Shown here piece by piece: positions 1-11,085 of a stretch of 64,000 bases of DNA. Location: positions 64,001 through 128,000 of the forward strand of contig CAVVUS010000024.1 of the NCBI GenBank assembly GCA_963751345.1, written 5' to 3'. The notes under the pieces were generated by a model. The model did not search any database. It was not told where the DNA came from and worked only from the letters and a program-made list of their open reading frames with translations. Source of the DNA: an uncultured Chloroflexia bacterium. Lineage in GTDB: Bacteria > Chloroflexota > Anaerolineae > B4-G1 > SLSP01. Each line of letters starts with the position of its first letter. Position 1 is the stretch's first letter. The position numbers and the translations under genes were made by a program.

Positions 1-787
1 TAGCATCGGCTGCTGGGCCATCCGATCCGCGATGGCCCGCGGCGACTCCCCACGGATATTCGCCACCAGCATATAGTGATCCAGGGCCCTCAGATGTGCT
101 TCGGTGAACTCAAGCAGGGTACGGGCAATGCTCAACACCTCGGGGCGAGCGCGCAGGGCGGCGCGGTTGGCAATCAGGGCTGCCTGTGAGTGCAGGATCA
201 CGCCATCTTCGAGCGGCTTGAGCCGGTTGTCCCGAAGGGTCTGCCCGGAAGCAACAAGATCGACGATACAATCCGCGTGGCCAAGCGCAGGCGCGACTTC
301 GAGCGTTCCCTCGGCGTAGACCAATTCAAAGGGGCCAAGCCCGTGCTCGATGAGGAAAGCTGAGGTCAGATTCGTGAACTTGGTCGCCACACGCAAAGGG
401 CGGTCCCACGACCGAGCTGTAGCGGTCAGGTCCGCCAGCGTACGAACGTCGGTCCATGCCTCAGGAACTGCTACGGCAAGCCGGCAAGCGCCAAATCCAA
501 GCGCCTCGTGAAGGATCAGGATCTCGCCTTCGTCTCCGCCGTACTCCTGAGTGACGTCGAGCCCTGTCACACCGAAATCCACGCTGCCATCGCGCACGCT
601 GACCACCGTGTCCGTCGGTCGCTGGAAGATCACGGTCAGGCCCGGGAGCGCGGGAATCGAGGCCTCATACTGTCGCGGATTGGGCTGGTGGATCTTGAGG
701 CCACACGCAGCCAGGAACTCCAGTCGTGTCTTCAGCCAGGCGCCCCTTGCTGGGCAGCGACAGCCGGATCTCGCTTCGTTCGGTCAT
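1..787 (-). CDS. hisG: ATP phosphoribosyltransferase, long form (3' end beyond window; one indel near 723)
   Basis: Manual translation from ATG 787 (SD AGGAGG): MTERSEIRLSLPSKGRLAEDT, then after one extra base LEFLAACGLKIHQPNPRQYEASIPALPGLTVIFQRPTDTVVSVRDGSVDFGVTGLDV; further on the strand encodes VATKF and IVDLVASG-type HisG motifs. Missing from the ORF track. Confidence 0.92.
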
Positions 788-802
788 AGCTCCTCCTAAA
801 TG

Positions 803-831
803 AAAACCCCCCGGTCCAATCCGGGGGGTTT
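803..831 (-). terminator. his attenuator terminator
   Basis: Transcript AAACCCCCCGG-ATTGGA-CCGGGGGGTTTT followed by CATTT, immediately before the hisG SD. Confidence 0.88.
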
Positions 832-870
832 GTTGTTCTGGTTGATCTGCTCAGCCCTGGCGAGGTCTCG

Positions 871-957
871 CTACGTAAGCGAAGCCACACCTCCCGAATC
901 GGGTGGTGTCCCCTTCGCATGATGATGCAAGCGGCGAACCTTTCCTGGCGCGTTCAT
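871..957 (-). CDS. his leader peptide, 28 aa
   Basis: ATG 957 to TAG 871 encodes MNAPGKVRRLHHHAKGTPPDSGGVASLT with three tandem CAT codons, upstream of the terminator and hisG. Confidence 0.85.
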   Translation of the reverse strand: MNAPGKVRRLHHHAKGTPPDSGGVASLT

Positions 958-1029
958 AGTGAAAAGAGTACCATAGTTCGTCTGCGTGTCAAGGCATCAG
1001 CAGCCTTGCGAAGGTTCAGAGAACGGTAC

Positions 1030-2019
1030 CTACGGCACCATCAGAACCTTCTTGACCCCCTCCAGTCCCTGCTCGATCATCTCCACACCCCGCGCGAAGT
1101 GCTCGAGCGGCAGATGGTGCGAGACGAGCTCCTTCACCCGGACTTTGCCCGAGGCCAACAACTCCACGGCCTGGTAGCAGTTACGCAGCGAAGTGTAGGA
1201 GGAGCGAATCGTCAGGCCTTTCTCAAAGATGGCGAACGCGTCGAGGCTCAACGCACCATCTCGTGGCGGGACGCCGAAGAGCAGCACCGTCCCCCCTTTG
1301 CGCGCCACGGCAACCGTTTGGGCCATAACCGGAAGCGCACCCGTCGCATCGATGACGACGTCATAGCCATCTCGATCCAGGTCGCTCAGATCCTGCGTCC
1401 ACGCTCGAGCACCTAGCGCCTTGGCCAATTCTCCACGCGCGGATTGGCGCTCCAACACCGTGATATCCGTGGCTCCGCGAAGCCGGGCCACTTGCAGCAG
1501 CAACAGACCAATAGGGCCCGCACCGAGCAGGGCGATCCGATCGGCCATACGAATGTCGGCTCGCTCGATACCGTGCACGACACAGGAGAGTGGCTCCATA
1601 AACGCGGCCTCGTCATACGGAAGCGCCCCGATGTCAAAGACGACCTTCTCGGGAGCGACCACGTACTCGGCCATCCCACCGGCGCGTGTCACGCCTACGG
1701 CCTGCCAATTCAGGCAGAAGTTCTGCCGGTTGTTAAGACAGTTGACACAGTTGTCGCATGCGATGTTCGGCTCGACGGCGACACGGTCACCAACTCGGAA
1801 CCGGTGCACGCGTTCCCCGACCTCCACCACCTCGCCGGCGAACTCGTGACCGGGGACGACGGGGTAACCTCCAAGATACTCACCCCGGAAGATATGAACA
1901 TCGGTGCCGCAGATGCCGCAGGCGGCCACCTTGACCAATACTTCGTCCGGCTCCGGCGTGGGCATCGCGACATCAACAACGCTCATCTCGTTAGGTTGGT
2001 GAATTGTTAAGGCTCTCAT
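1030..2019 (-). CDS. Zn-dependent alcohol/polyol dehydrogenase (MDR family)
   Basis: CGICGTD, GHEFAG, structural Zn motif CDNCVNC...C, Rossmann GAGPIG; SD GAGGT. Confidence 0.92.
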   Translation of the reverse strand: MRALTIHQPNEMSVVDVAMPTPEPDEVLVKVAACGICGTDVHIFRGEYLGGYPVVPGHEFAGEVVEVGERVHRFRVGDRVAVEPNIACDNCVNCLNNRQNFCLNWQAVGVTRAGGMAEYVVAPEKVVFDIGALPYDEAAFMEPLSCVVHGIERADIRMADRIALLGAGPIGLLLLQVARLRGATDITVLERQSARGELAKALGARAWTQDLSDLDRDGYDVVIDATGALPVMAQTVAVARKGGTVLLFGVPPRDGALSLDAFAIFEKGLTIRSSYTSLRNCYQAVELLASGKVRVKELVSHHLPLEHFARGVEMIEQGLEGVKKVLMVP

Positions 2020-2065
2020 ACCACCTCGGCTATGGATCGACTATGATCAGCTAATAAAGGGCGGC

Positions 2066-3002
2066 CTACATCACCAGCCGCTCGTACAGCAGCTCTTGGC
2101 TGAGATTCGGGCAGACCGTGTCGCGGCATGTGAGGGTCTGGGTAGCGGCGGCCATGCCCAGACGCACGGCTTCCTCAGGGGAGACGCCCTCTAGCAGCCC
2201 ATAGGCTACGGCTGCAGTCAGCGCGTCGCCGGCGCCGGTCGGGTCGACGACGTCCACTGCGAAAGCCGGAATGCGCCCGCTCTCTTCGGACGTCGCGTAG
2301 TACAGCCCGCCGGCGCCAAGGGTAATGACGGCAAGCCTGACACCCGCCTGAACGAGCGCCCGCGCACCCGCGCTGATCGCCTCCTCATCCTCCAACGAGG
2401 TGCCCAACAGAGCTTCGGCCTCGTCGCGGTCCGGCGTGATGGCCGTGAGTCCTGAGAGATACGGATTGAGCCGGTGCGCGAGCAGTGCGGCGGTGGGATC
2501 TGCACAGACCGGCACATCGTACTGCACGGCCAGGCGGAAGAGCGTCTTCAGCGTCTGGGGCGAGAGATTCGCATCGACGCAGACCATATCGGCCTCACGG
2601 ACCAAGCGTCGAAGACGATTGAGATAGCCCGGCGTGATTTCGTGCACGATCTCCATGTCGTCAAAGGCGACCTGCAGATGCTTCTTGCTTGTCATAGAGC
2701 GCGACGTATGAAGCCGTCGGGTGTTCGGTCGACACGATAGCGTCATCTGTGTGGATACCCAGATCGCCGAGTTGACGCAGTAGCGCGTGGCCCCACCAGT
2801 CGTCGCCTACCGCTGTGATCAGATGTACATCAGCCCCCAAACGCGCGAGGTTCTCGGCGATGTTGCGCGCGACCCCGCCCCACCCCCAACGAATCTCACC
2901 CGGATTGGATCGCGCCGGCTCTATCGTAGCCTTCCGAGGGCGCACCTTCAGATCCAAGCCGGCAGCGCCAAGCACCAACACGCGATGTTCGCCGTCGTTC
3001 AT
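2066..3002 (-). CDS. PfkB-family carbohydrate kinase, pseudouridine-kinase-like (indel near 2685)
   Basis: N-part from ATG 3002 has GGVARNIAENLARLG and AVGDD; C-part has DPTGAGD. The two frames join at LYDKQ/KHLQVAFDDM. ATGA overlap with the upstream gene. Confidence 0.85.
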
Positions 3003-3976
3003 ATCGAATCTTCCTCTCTCAGCAAGATGCGAGGAATTCCTACCAGGCCCTGACCTGAGGACCACGGAGCCCCTGAAGCATCCTGAGCATAGGGCTGGAA
3101 CTCCACGCGCCCATCACTTCGACGCACAAACGGCCTCTCTGCGGTTAACACGAGTTCGTCCGCCCCGGAGCTGGGACCGGTCACCTCGACAACCAGAAGA
3201 TCTCCCTTCCTACCCTGACTCCACAATGTCCCACGCTCCGGGATGCGGATCGCAACGTAGGGCGCAAGGGGACGCAAATAGGGAAACGGTAGCTCACCCA
3301 ATTGCAGCGGTACAATCGTCGGAGGGAGGTATTGGACCAGGATCTCACCGGGTATCCCGACCCAGGTCGTCCTGATGGCGACCACGTCAGTTCGGATGGG
3401 GACACGGTTGACGAACTCATAGACCGGGAGAACCGCGACAACCTCGCCGGGTGATAGCGATTCCTGCACCTCAAGTAACTTTGCCATCCAACGTGCAGCG
3501 CTGCGACAGTCCGCGACACGTCCCGGATTCTCCTCGAGTCCCCAATGACGTTGGCTCTCATCCAGGACGTGCTGGGCATAGGCAAAAGTCTCCACGACAC
3601 GCTCCGTCGCCTGGAGGGAGAAATGGATCACACCCTCTTGATAGACGGCAATTGCCTCGTTGTAGCGAGCTACAGGAGACACCTGGAGTTCCAGCCGACG
3701 CAGGGCGTTGCGAATACAGGCCAGCCCTTCCTCCCACCTCATCAGGCATCGAAACGCTTCAGCCTCATACAGCAAGGCGAGCGCCTGCCCATAGCGATCG
3801 AAGGTGTGCTTTGCCATGTCGAAAGTGCGCTCAGCCTGAGCCAACACGACATCATAGGCCCCAACGTCAAGATGATCCCCGAGTTGGTGAAACCGATCTG
3901 CGAGAGGTTGCGGGACCGCCTGCAGGTCCAGCAAGTGAGGCAGTGCCAAATCCTTCGGCAACGAGATCCAGCGCAT
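2999..3976 (-). CDS. Hypothetical protein with helical TPR-like N-half and beta-rich C-half
   Basis: ORF track 2999..4030; likely start is ATG 3976, 11 nt after the upstream stop. Helical A/L/Y pattern (YGQALALLYEAEAF, YNEAIAVYQEG). Confidence 0.65.
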   Translation of the reverse strand: MRWISLPKDLALPHLLDLQAVPQPLADRFHQLGDHLDVGAYDVVLAQAERTFDMAKHTFDRYGQALALLYEAEAFRCLMRWEEGLACIRNALRRLELQVSPVARYNEAIAVYQEGVIHFSLQATERVVETFAYAQHVLDESQRHWGLEENPGRVADCRSAARWMAKLLEVQESLSPGEVVAVLPVYEFVNRVPIRTDVVAIRTTWVGIPGEILVQYLPPTIVPLQLGELPFPYLRPLAPYVAIRIPERGTLWSQGRKGDLLVVEVTGPSSGADELVLTAERPFVRRSDGRVEFQPYAQDASGAPWSSGQGLVGIPRILLREEDSI

Positions 3977-3986
3977 TTGATGTGAC

Positions 3987-5363
3987 CTAAGCCTCGGTCT
4001 TCTCGGGGCTGCCCGGCAATTGCTTGTCACGCACCTCCGCTTGCGTCACATCCTCCTGCTGGACCGCATTGACGGCCCGAATCAGGTTCTCGGCCTCCTC
4101 ATAGAGCTCTTGCTGGGCCTTTGGACTCCGGTCACCCATCGCGTGGAGAACTTCCATAAAGCTGGCGATAATCAGCTGCGGGGGCACAAACAGTCCGTCA
4201 TTGCGTAGAGACTGCACTTCCTCCAGCACACGGTTGACAAACGTGACTTGGGCCTCGAAACGCGCGGCTTCTGCAAGCTGCTCGTGTGTCGTCTCGGCCT
4301 CCATAGCGTATCGGTCAACCCCTTTCTGGAGCTTCGCCTGCCAGAACTCCAGCCATTGTCGGGAGATTGCGTCTTCAGCGGGGCGAACGGTGGCGAGTTC
4401 CACACGCTCGACAATCACGCCCCGCTCCTTGCCCTTGGATCGCACCGCTGACTCGATCTCATCCTCCAGGTCGGACACAAGCTTGGGGGTCGCGGCGGCC
4501 CGTGGTGGCCCCTCATCCCCCTCCAACCAATACTGGGGGTTAAGCAACTCATCGAGCCGGTGCTGCTCCAGAACGTCGCGGACAGTGGCCTCCAGTACAT
4601 CGCTCGCCATGCCTGAGACCCAATCCACGACCCGTCCCCGGCCTTCAGGCTTGCGCACGCACTGCGACGTCGTCACATAGAAGACGGCCTCCTCCGAGTA
4701 ACCAAAGAGACGATCGCGAGCTACCCCGACTGTCGGAGACAGCGTACCATCCTTCGCGAGCGGCGATTCGGCGTAGCCCGGCGGAGCGATGCGACACACG
4801 AGCGTGGACTGGCAGAGTGCCGGGATTCCGTCTCGCGTGACAAACTCGACCGTCAGCGTGCGCCGCTGCGGACGCAGGTCCACCACACTCCAAACCCGCT
4901 CGAATGACTCCAGGTCGTGCATTCCCGGACCGAGAATACGATGAAGCATGCCCAACCGGCTGGTCACGACCACATTGTTGAGTTCCACGTTCAGCTTCGC
5001 CGGCCCGCCAATCTTGTGCACAATAGGAGGACCGTCGAGATCCGCCTGACCGGCCTGCACCCGAAGGACCGGTGCTCCAGCCAACACACCTGCCCCGAAA
5101 GTCAGATGTGCGACCAGACCGGCAGCCTCCTCAGCGCTCACATCGTGCAGATCCTGGATGTATTGGCGGAGGACGCGCACCATCTGCCACGCCGATATCG
5201 CCAGAGCTACACCGAATCCAACGACCAGAATCAAGAAGTTCACCTGATCCGACGCAGTGATGGTGTAACCGGCCTCGCTCCAGAGCACGATGGGTAAGGA
5301 GGCTGCGAAGGCAAGGAACAGCGCTCCAATGGCCAGCGGCACGAGCAGCTTCGACAGGCTCAA
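3987..5363 (-). CDS. SPFH/Band-7-like membrane protein B
   Basis: Two N-terminal TM segments; RILGPG, VVDLRPQRR, TRDGIP motifs; C-terminal Ala/Glu coiled coil. TTG start overlaps the upstream stop. Confidence 0.78.
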   Translation of the reverse strand: MSLSKLLVPLAIGALFLAFAASLPIVLWSEAGYTITASDQVNFLILVVGFGVALAISAWQMVRVLRQYIQDLHDVSAEEAAGLVAHLTFGAGVLAGAPVLRVQAGQADLDGPPIVHKIGGPAKLNVELNNVVVTSRLGMLHRILGPGMHDLESFERVWSVVDLRPQRRTLTVEFVTRDGIPALCQSTLVCRIAPPGYAESPLAKDGTLSPTVGVARDRLFGYSEEAVFYVTTSQCVRKPEGRGRVVDWVSGMASDVLEATVRDVLEQHRLDELLNPQYWLEGDEGPPRAAATPKLVSDLEDEIESAVRSKGKERGVIVERVELATVRPAEDAISRQWLEFWQAKLQKGVDRYAMEAETTHEQLAEAARFEAQVTFVNRVLEEVQSLRNDGLFVPPQLIIASFMEVLHAMGDRSPKAQQELYEEAENLIRAVNAVQQEDVTQAEVRDKQLPGSPEKTEA

Positions 5364-6982
5364 CTTTCCTCCCCAAGATCGGAGGGTCCGCCGATTTGCT
5401 CGTAGAGATGTCTCAATGTGGGCAAGGCTGACTCGGGCAGCATGCGCTGCACCTCGGGCGCACCTGCAATCCGGATCAAGCTACTGAGCATGTAGTAAGC
5501 CACCAGATCACGCTGCATAGTATCACCCGTCGCCTGAACCCGCCGGCTGGCCTCTTCGACCATCTCGACCAGAAGTTTCTCGCGGGCCTCCTGTCTGATC
5601 TTTTCGAGAGCCGAAAAACGCTTGCGCTCAACAGCAGCATGCCAGTCCATGACCTTGATAATGAAGCGAGACTTCCACGCCTCAACGTGTTGTTCGATCA
5701 CACCCCGATTCAGAGGCTCAATTGGCCCACCAACCCTACCACCGAAGACATCGAACCCCCGAGACGCCAGAGTCTGCCGCACGGATCTCCAAACGAGTTC
5801 GCCAATCGCAGCCCGTGTCAACGCATCGCCCAACTCCCGGGCTGGTGCAAGTGACAACGCGGCTTCCAGCCGACGGTGCGTCTTGAGCAACTCGCCCTGC
5901 GCATTGACATTCGTCCCACCGGACGCATCGCCTATGGACGCCCCGCCGATAATGCCATCGTAAAGCTGCTCCAGGCTGTAGAACGAGATAGCCTGCTCGA
6001 GCTTGTGCGACGCTACTTTCGTCGGCAGATCTTCCCACGGCTGCGGCACATTTGCGTCCAGTGGGCTGCGACCGGTGGGATCGACTTCCTCGGCAAACAG
6101 TATCTGCAGGATATCCCGTTGGTTTCGATAGGGCCAAGGTTCGTTCAGCCGGATCTGCCGGTGCCCACGACTGACCCTGAAGTAAGACGAAATGGGAACG
6201 CGCACCTCTATGCCATCCCGCGTAATCGCGTCGACAGACGTAGTTCGCACCTGGTTTCGCAGATCCACAACGCGATAAGGCGACTCCCCTGGCCCGGTAA
6301 GGGCTACTCCGGGCCCCACGACACGCCCAATCTGCGAACCGGATCTCAGGATCACGACGTTCTCTGGCTCCGTAATCAGCAGTCCGGATCCCGTTCCGGC
6401 CCAGGGATTCCCTTCAATCCTCGTATGGACCAGCCCCTCCTCGACGACCCATGCGGGCTTCGGCACCCCCGTAAAGAAACCCAACAACATGCCGAGTGCC
6501 TCACGGGACCGATCCTGTATGCCCGGGGCCAGGGGCACAACCGCGGGCGCCCATGTCGACAGCAGCCAGATGGAAAAGAGAGGCGGCATAACCAAGGAAA
6601 CCGAGCAAAGGCCAAGTCTAGCGTACGAAAGACCCGGTGTCACCAGGGCATAGGCGAGGATACCAAGGGTCGCGACGAGAACAAACCCCAGCGCAAACGC
6701 TGAGACTATCTTGTGGCGCCATAGGAATAGCGCATAGCAGCTCAGAGGGAGAAAGATGCTCAGGAGAGCAATATGGACCGGGGAAAGCTCCAGGATTCCC
6801 ATCCATAGGAGACCCGGGATAACCCAGAGCGTCGGCCCCCAGATCCAGACGAGCACATTGGCCGCCGGGCCACCAAACGAGGGCGCGGATTTGGAGGTAG
6901 GAAGATGCTGGCGCAGATACCGGTTCAAGAGAGCGGTGCCCCCAAGATACACCACCAGCAATCCTACCCGCACGGCGACCAT
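5360..6982 (-). CDS. SPFH/Band-7-like membrane protein A with multiple N-terminal TMs
   Basis: ATG 6982 with SD GAGGAG; about 5 hydrophobic segments, then RVVGPG, VVDLRNQVR, TRDGIEV. Paralogous to the next gene. Confidence 0.78.
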   Translation of the reverse strand: MVAVRVGLLVVYLGGTALLNRYLRQHLPTSKSAPSFGGPAANVLVWIWGPTLWVIPGLLWMGILELSPVHIALLSIFLPLSCYALFLWRHKIVSAFALGFVLVATLGILAYALVTPGLSYARLGLCSVSLVMPPLFSIWLLSTWAPAVVPLAPGIQDRSREALGMLLGFFTGVPKPAWVVEEGLVHTRIEGNPWAGTGSGLLITEPENVVILRSGSQIGRVVGPGVALTGPGESPYRVVDLRNQVRTTSVDAITRDGIEVRVPISSYFRVSRGHRQIRLNEPWPYRNQRDILQILFAEEVDPTGRSPLDANVPQPWEDLPTKVASHKLEQAISFYSLEQLYDGIIGGASIGDASGGTNVNAQGELLKTHRRLEAALSLAPARELGDALTRAAIGELVWRSVRQTLASRGFDVFGGRVGGPIEPLNRGVIEQHVEAWKSRFIIKVMDWHAAVERKRFSALEKIRQEAREKLLVEMVEEASRRVQATGDTMQRDLVAYYMLSSLIRIAGAPEVQRMLPESALPTLRHLYEQIGGPSDLGEES

Positions 6983-7110
6983 GGCTCTTCTCCTCGTATC
7001 CGGCAGACCCACATCAGCGACCTGGCATACAGGCCTGGCGACCACTTTATCACACATTGCGGAAAAAGACGAGGATTGCAGGCATAGCCCGCCGTAGATC
7101 TGCGCGAACC

Positions 7111-7138
7111 TTGCCAAGACCATGAAAGAGGGTAGAAT
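7111..7138 (+). promoter_or_regulatory. Putative sigma70 promoter of folC-lon
   Basis: TTGCCA-N16-TAGAAT about 70 nt before the folC ATG. Confidence 0.5.
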
Positions 7139-7209
7139 CTCGCACTGGTTCACAGCCAATTCTCAGCTTTATCATCCACCCAACCAATAGACTCTGGCAA
7201 GCGAAAACT

Positions 7210-8583
7210 ATGAAATACCATGATGCCTTGCGCTATCTATATGGACTCGTCGACTACGAAAAACGTAGAATCGAGCGGTACACGCCACGGGAGTTCAAGC
7301 TCGAACGCGTCGTCCACCTGCTGGATCTACTGGGAAACCCGCACAGAAGCTATCCGACGCTGCATATTGCCGGCACTAAGGGCAAGGGGTCGGTCTCATC
7401 GATGTTGGCGAGCGTCGCCAGGGCCGGCGGACTCCGCACAGGACTCTACACGTCGCCGCACCTGCACACTTACCGGGAACGCATGCAGATCAACGGAGAG
7501 CCGATCTCCCGCACCATGATGGCCGACCTCGTCGAAGAGATTATGCCCGTCGTCGAACAAGTCCCGGAGGTCACGACCTTCGAGGTAACGACAGCCGTCG
7601 CCTTTCTCTATTTCGAGCGCGAACACGTGGACCTGGGCGTGATGGAGGTGGGACTCGGCGGACGGCTGGATGCGACCAATGTCATCACGCCAGAGATCAG
7701 CGTCATCACCTCGCTCAGCCTCGATCATACGTACCTGCTCGGCAATACCTTGGGGGAGATCGCCTACGAGAAGGCCGGCATCATCAAACCGGGCATCCCC
7801 GTGGTGACGGCTCCGCAGAAACCGGAAGCCCTTGAGGTCTTGCGGCGGATCGCTGCCGAGCGGTCCGCTCCGCTAACCACCGTAGGCGAGGACTGGACGT
7901 GGTCTCCGGTGAGTCGCTCCTGGGATGGACAGTCGCTGCGGGTGGAGCATCCGGCAGCCGCCTCTCTCTTTGAGGGGACCTATAAGGTCGCGCTTCTCGG
8001 CGACTTCCAACAGGAAAACGCGGCGGTGGCCATCGCTGCGACGGCGATGCTCCACGAGCAAGGGCACCCGTGGGCCAACCCCGATACACTGCGCGCCGGC
8101 CTCCAGGCCGTCCGATGGCCGGGGCGTATGGAGGTCCTGAACCACGAGCCACCCATTGTCGTTGATTCTGCCCACAACCCATATTCCGCGGAGACGCTGG
8201 TTGCATCGCTCAAGAGCTGGTTCCCCGACACAACCTGGGTGCTGATTTTCGGAGCTTCCAGCGACAAGAACATCAAGGATATGTTGAAGGCGCTGCTGAC
8301 GATCAGCAAGCACGTCATCGTTACGCGTTCTTACCATCCCCGCGCGGCCACACCCTATGATCTCGCCGATCTGTGTGCTGATCTCGGCCATGGTGCCGAG
8401 ATTGCGATCAATCCAAAGCGTGCACTCGAACAAGCCACCCGCAGACTTGAGCCAGGCTATGGGATCATTGGCACCGGCTCGATTTTCCTGGTCGCGGACG
8501 TGCGCGAGGCGTGGGCACATAATGCGGAGTTGGATCTTCCGATGGGCGACTGGGTCGATGAACCGTGGGAGCGAGAACGTTGA
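7210..8583 (+). CDS. folC: Folylpolyglutamate synthase/dihydrofolate synthase
   Basis: HIAGTKGKGS, TSPHL, EVGLGGRLDATN, EKAGIIK, WPGRME, DSAHN. Confidence 0.95.
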   Translation: MKYHDALRYLYGLVDYEKRRIERYTPREFKLERVVHLLDLLGNPHRSYPTLHIAGTKGKGSVSSMLASVARAGGLRTGLYTSPHLHTYRERMQINGEPISRTMMADLVEEIMPVVEQVPEVTTFEVTTAVAFLYFEREHVDLGVMEVGLGGRLDATNVITPEISVITSLSLDHTYLLGNTLGEIAYEKAGIIKPGIPVVTAPQKPEALEVLRRIAAERSAPLTTVGEDWTWSPVSRSWDGQSLRVEHPAAASLFEGTYKVALLGDFQQENAAVAIAATAMLHEQGHPWANPDTLRAGLQAVRWPGRMEVLNHEPPIVVDSAHNPYSAETLVASLKSWFPDTTWVLIFGASSDKNIKDMLKALLTISKHVIVTRSYHPRAATPYDLADLCADLGHGAEIAINPKRALEQATRRLEPGYGIIGTGSIFLVADVREAWAHNAELDLPMGDWVDEPWERER

Positions 8584-11085
8584 TGGATTGGGATAAGCTG
8601 CCTCTGTCCCCGGAGGATTTCTTCGGGGATGCATTTGACGCCGGCCCAAGCGAAGATGGCCCCTTTCAGGCCATTGTGCTTCCCTTACGCGACCTCGTGG
8701 TCTATCCGCAGATGGTCACGCCGCTCTACGTAGGACGCGAACGGTCGCTCCAGGCTATGGCTACCGCGGTCGAGGAAGACTGGCCCGTCGTCGTGATCAC
8801 GCAGCGCGATGACGATCAAGAGGACTATCCCGATGCGGAAGATCTCTACAGCGTCGGCACGGAGGTTGTGATCGCACGCTCGATTCGGCTGCCGGATGGC
8901 AGTACGAGTGCGATTGCACAAGGGGTAGGTAGGGTGCGGGTGCTGGACGTCATCCAGGAACGGCCTTACATGGTGGCCACCTTCGAGACGTTGCCCGAAC
9001 CGGCCGAGAACTCGGCGCTCACGGAAGCACTCACACGCGCCATCCTGGCGATGTTCGAGAAAGTAGTCGAACTCAATCAGGCACTGCCCGAGGAAGCCTA
9101 CGTCTACGCGATGAACATCAACGCCCCAGGGCAGCTGGCCGACGTCATCGCGCAGATCATCAATCTGCCGACCGACGCCAGACAGGTGCTCCTGGAAACG
9201 CTCAACGTCACGGAACGGCTGCAGAAGATCAGCACTCATCTGGCCCAGGAACTTGACGTGCTGGAGCTCGAAAACCAGATCCACACGACGGTCCAGGAGG
9301 AAGTCGACAAGAGCCAGCGGGAGTATTTCCTGCGCGAACAGATGCGCGCCATCCAACAGGAGCTAGGCGAAGTCGATGTGTTTTCGCGAGATCTCGTGGT
9401 GGTTCGCGAGCAATTGGCCAAGGCATCACTGCCGGACCATGTACGAGAGCGGGCAGAGGAAGAGCTGAGACGTCTCTCGATGATGCCGAGTATGGCCCCC
9501 GAGGTCGGTATCATCCGGACGTATCTGGATTGGTTGTTGGCTCTCCCGTGGCGCACGGAGACCGAGGACAACCTCGACATTTCGCATGCCGAGCGGGTGC
9601 TGGAGTCGCAGCACTACGGCTTGCCCAAGGCCAAGCAGCGCATCCTGGAGTACATCGCGGTCCGGAAAATGGCGCCCGTGAACGAGCAGAGCACGATCCT
9701 CTGCTTTGTCGGGCCGCCCGGTACCGGCAAGACATCGCTCGGCCGGTCGATCGCCGAAGCGTTGGGCCGCGAGTTCGTGCGAGTCTCACTCGGCGGCGTC
9801 CGAGACGAGGCCGAGATCCGTGGGCACCGCCGAACCTACATCGGGGCTCTCCCCGGGCGCATCCTGCAGACGATGCGACGTGCAGCGACGGTCAACCCGG
9901 TCTTCATGCTGGATGAGGTGGACAAGATCGGGTACGATTTCAGGGGCGACCCTTCCTCCGCTCTGCTGGAGGTACTGGATCCGGAACAGAACTACGCGTT
10001 CTCCGACCACTACCTGGAGATACCCTACGACCTGTCCAAGGTGCTCTTCGTGGCAACGGCCAACGTCCTCGATACCATTCCGCCCGCCCTCGAGGATCGG
10101 ATGGAGGTCATTGAGTTTCCTGGCTATACGGAACTCGAGAAAATCGAGATCGCCAAGCGCTTCCTGATACCCCGGCAGATCGAGAAAAACGGCCTGACGG
10201 ACATGCCACCGCAGTTTCCAGGGACCACGCTGCACGCGCTGATTCGCCAGTACACGTATGAGGCCGGTGTACGAAACCTCGAGCGCGAAATCGGAAGCAT
10301 CTGCCGCAAGGCCACGCGCAGACTTGCCGAGAGCAAGCAACCTATCCGCACCATCACGCTCAAGTCGGTCGAACGTTATCTCGGCCCGCCGCGGTTCCAG
10401 GAGGAATCGCTTGAGCCGGAGAACGCCGTTGGTGTGGCAATGGGACTGGCCTGGACGGCCAACGGAGGCGATTTGCTGCCGGTTGAGGTAGCGCTCGTCC
10501 CGGGCAAGGGCGGCCTGACTTTGACCGGACAGCTGGGTGGCGTGATGCAGGAGTCCGCGCAGGCAGCGCTTACCTATTTGCGCTCTCGGGCTGAGGTGTG
10601 GGACATCTCGACAGAGTCCTTCGACAAGACGGACACGCATATCCACTTTCCCGAGGGTGGTATTCCCAAAGGACGGCCCTTCAGGCGGCATCACGATCGC
10701 TACCGCTCTCATCTCCGCCTTCACCGGGCGTCCGGTGCGCAGAAACGTGGCGATGACCGGAGAGATCACGTTGCGCGGTCGCGTGCTGGCGGTCGGCGGC
10801 CTCAAGGAGAAACTCCTTGCAGCTCATCGCGCCGGCGTGGCGAAAGTCCTGCTGCCGGCCCGCAACCGCAAGGACATCCAGGAGATTCCAAGGGAGATCC
10901 GCAGACAACTCGAATTGGTCTTCGTCGAGACGATGGATGAGGTCCTCGAGGAGTCTCTCGTTGCGCTATCGGCAGGCGCCGCAGACTCCTTAGGTTCGCC
11001 TCCAACAAACAAACGGGGCGCACCAAGAGGTGTGCCCCGATTGCTTATATCGTCCGTGTACTGCTTGTCAGTAATTCGGCTTTAG
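8583..11085 (+). CDS. lon: ATP-dependent Lon protease (indel near 10669; true stop may be near 10993)
   Basis: Lon N-domain LPLRD, Walker [28 protein letters not shown]. After an extra base in CCCAAAGG the frame continues PKDGPSGG (catalytic Ser) and GGLKEK (Lys). Confidence 0.93.
11007..11047. terminator. Probable bidirectional terminator between lon and hpf
   Basis: CGGGGCGCACC-AAGA-GGTGTGCCCCG; the minus strand continues TTTGTTTGTT. Confidence 0.6.

Noticed and set aside
10660-10680. lon as a pseudogene or programmed frameshift
   Set aside because: One extra base within PKDGPS, catalytic residues intact downstream and no recoding signal; most likely a read error.
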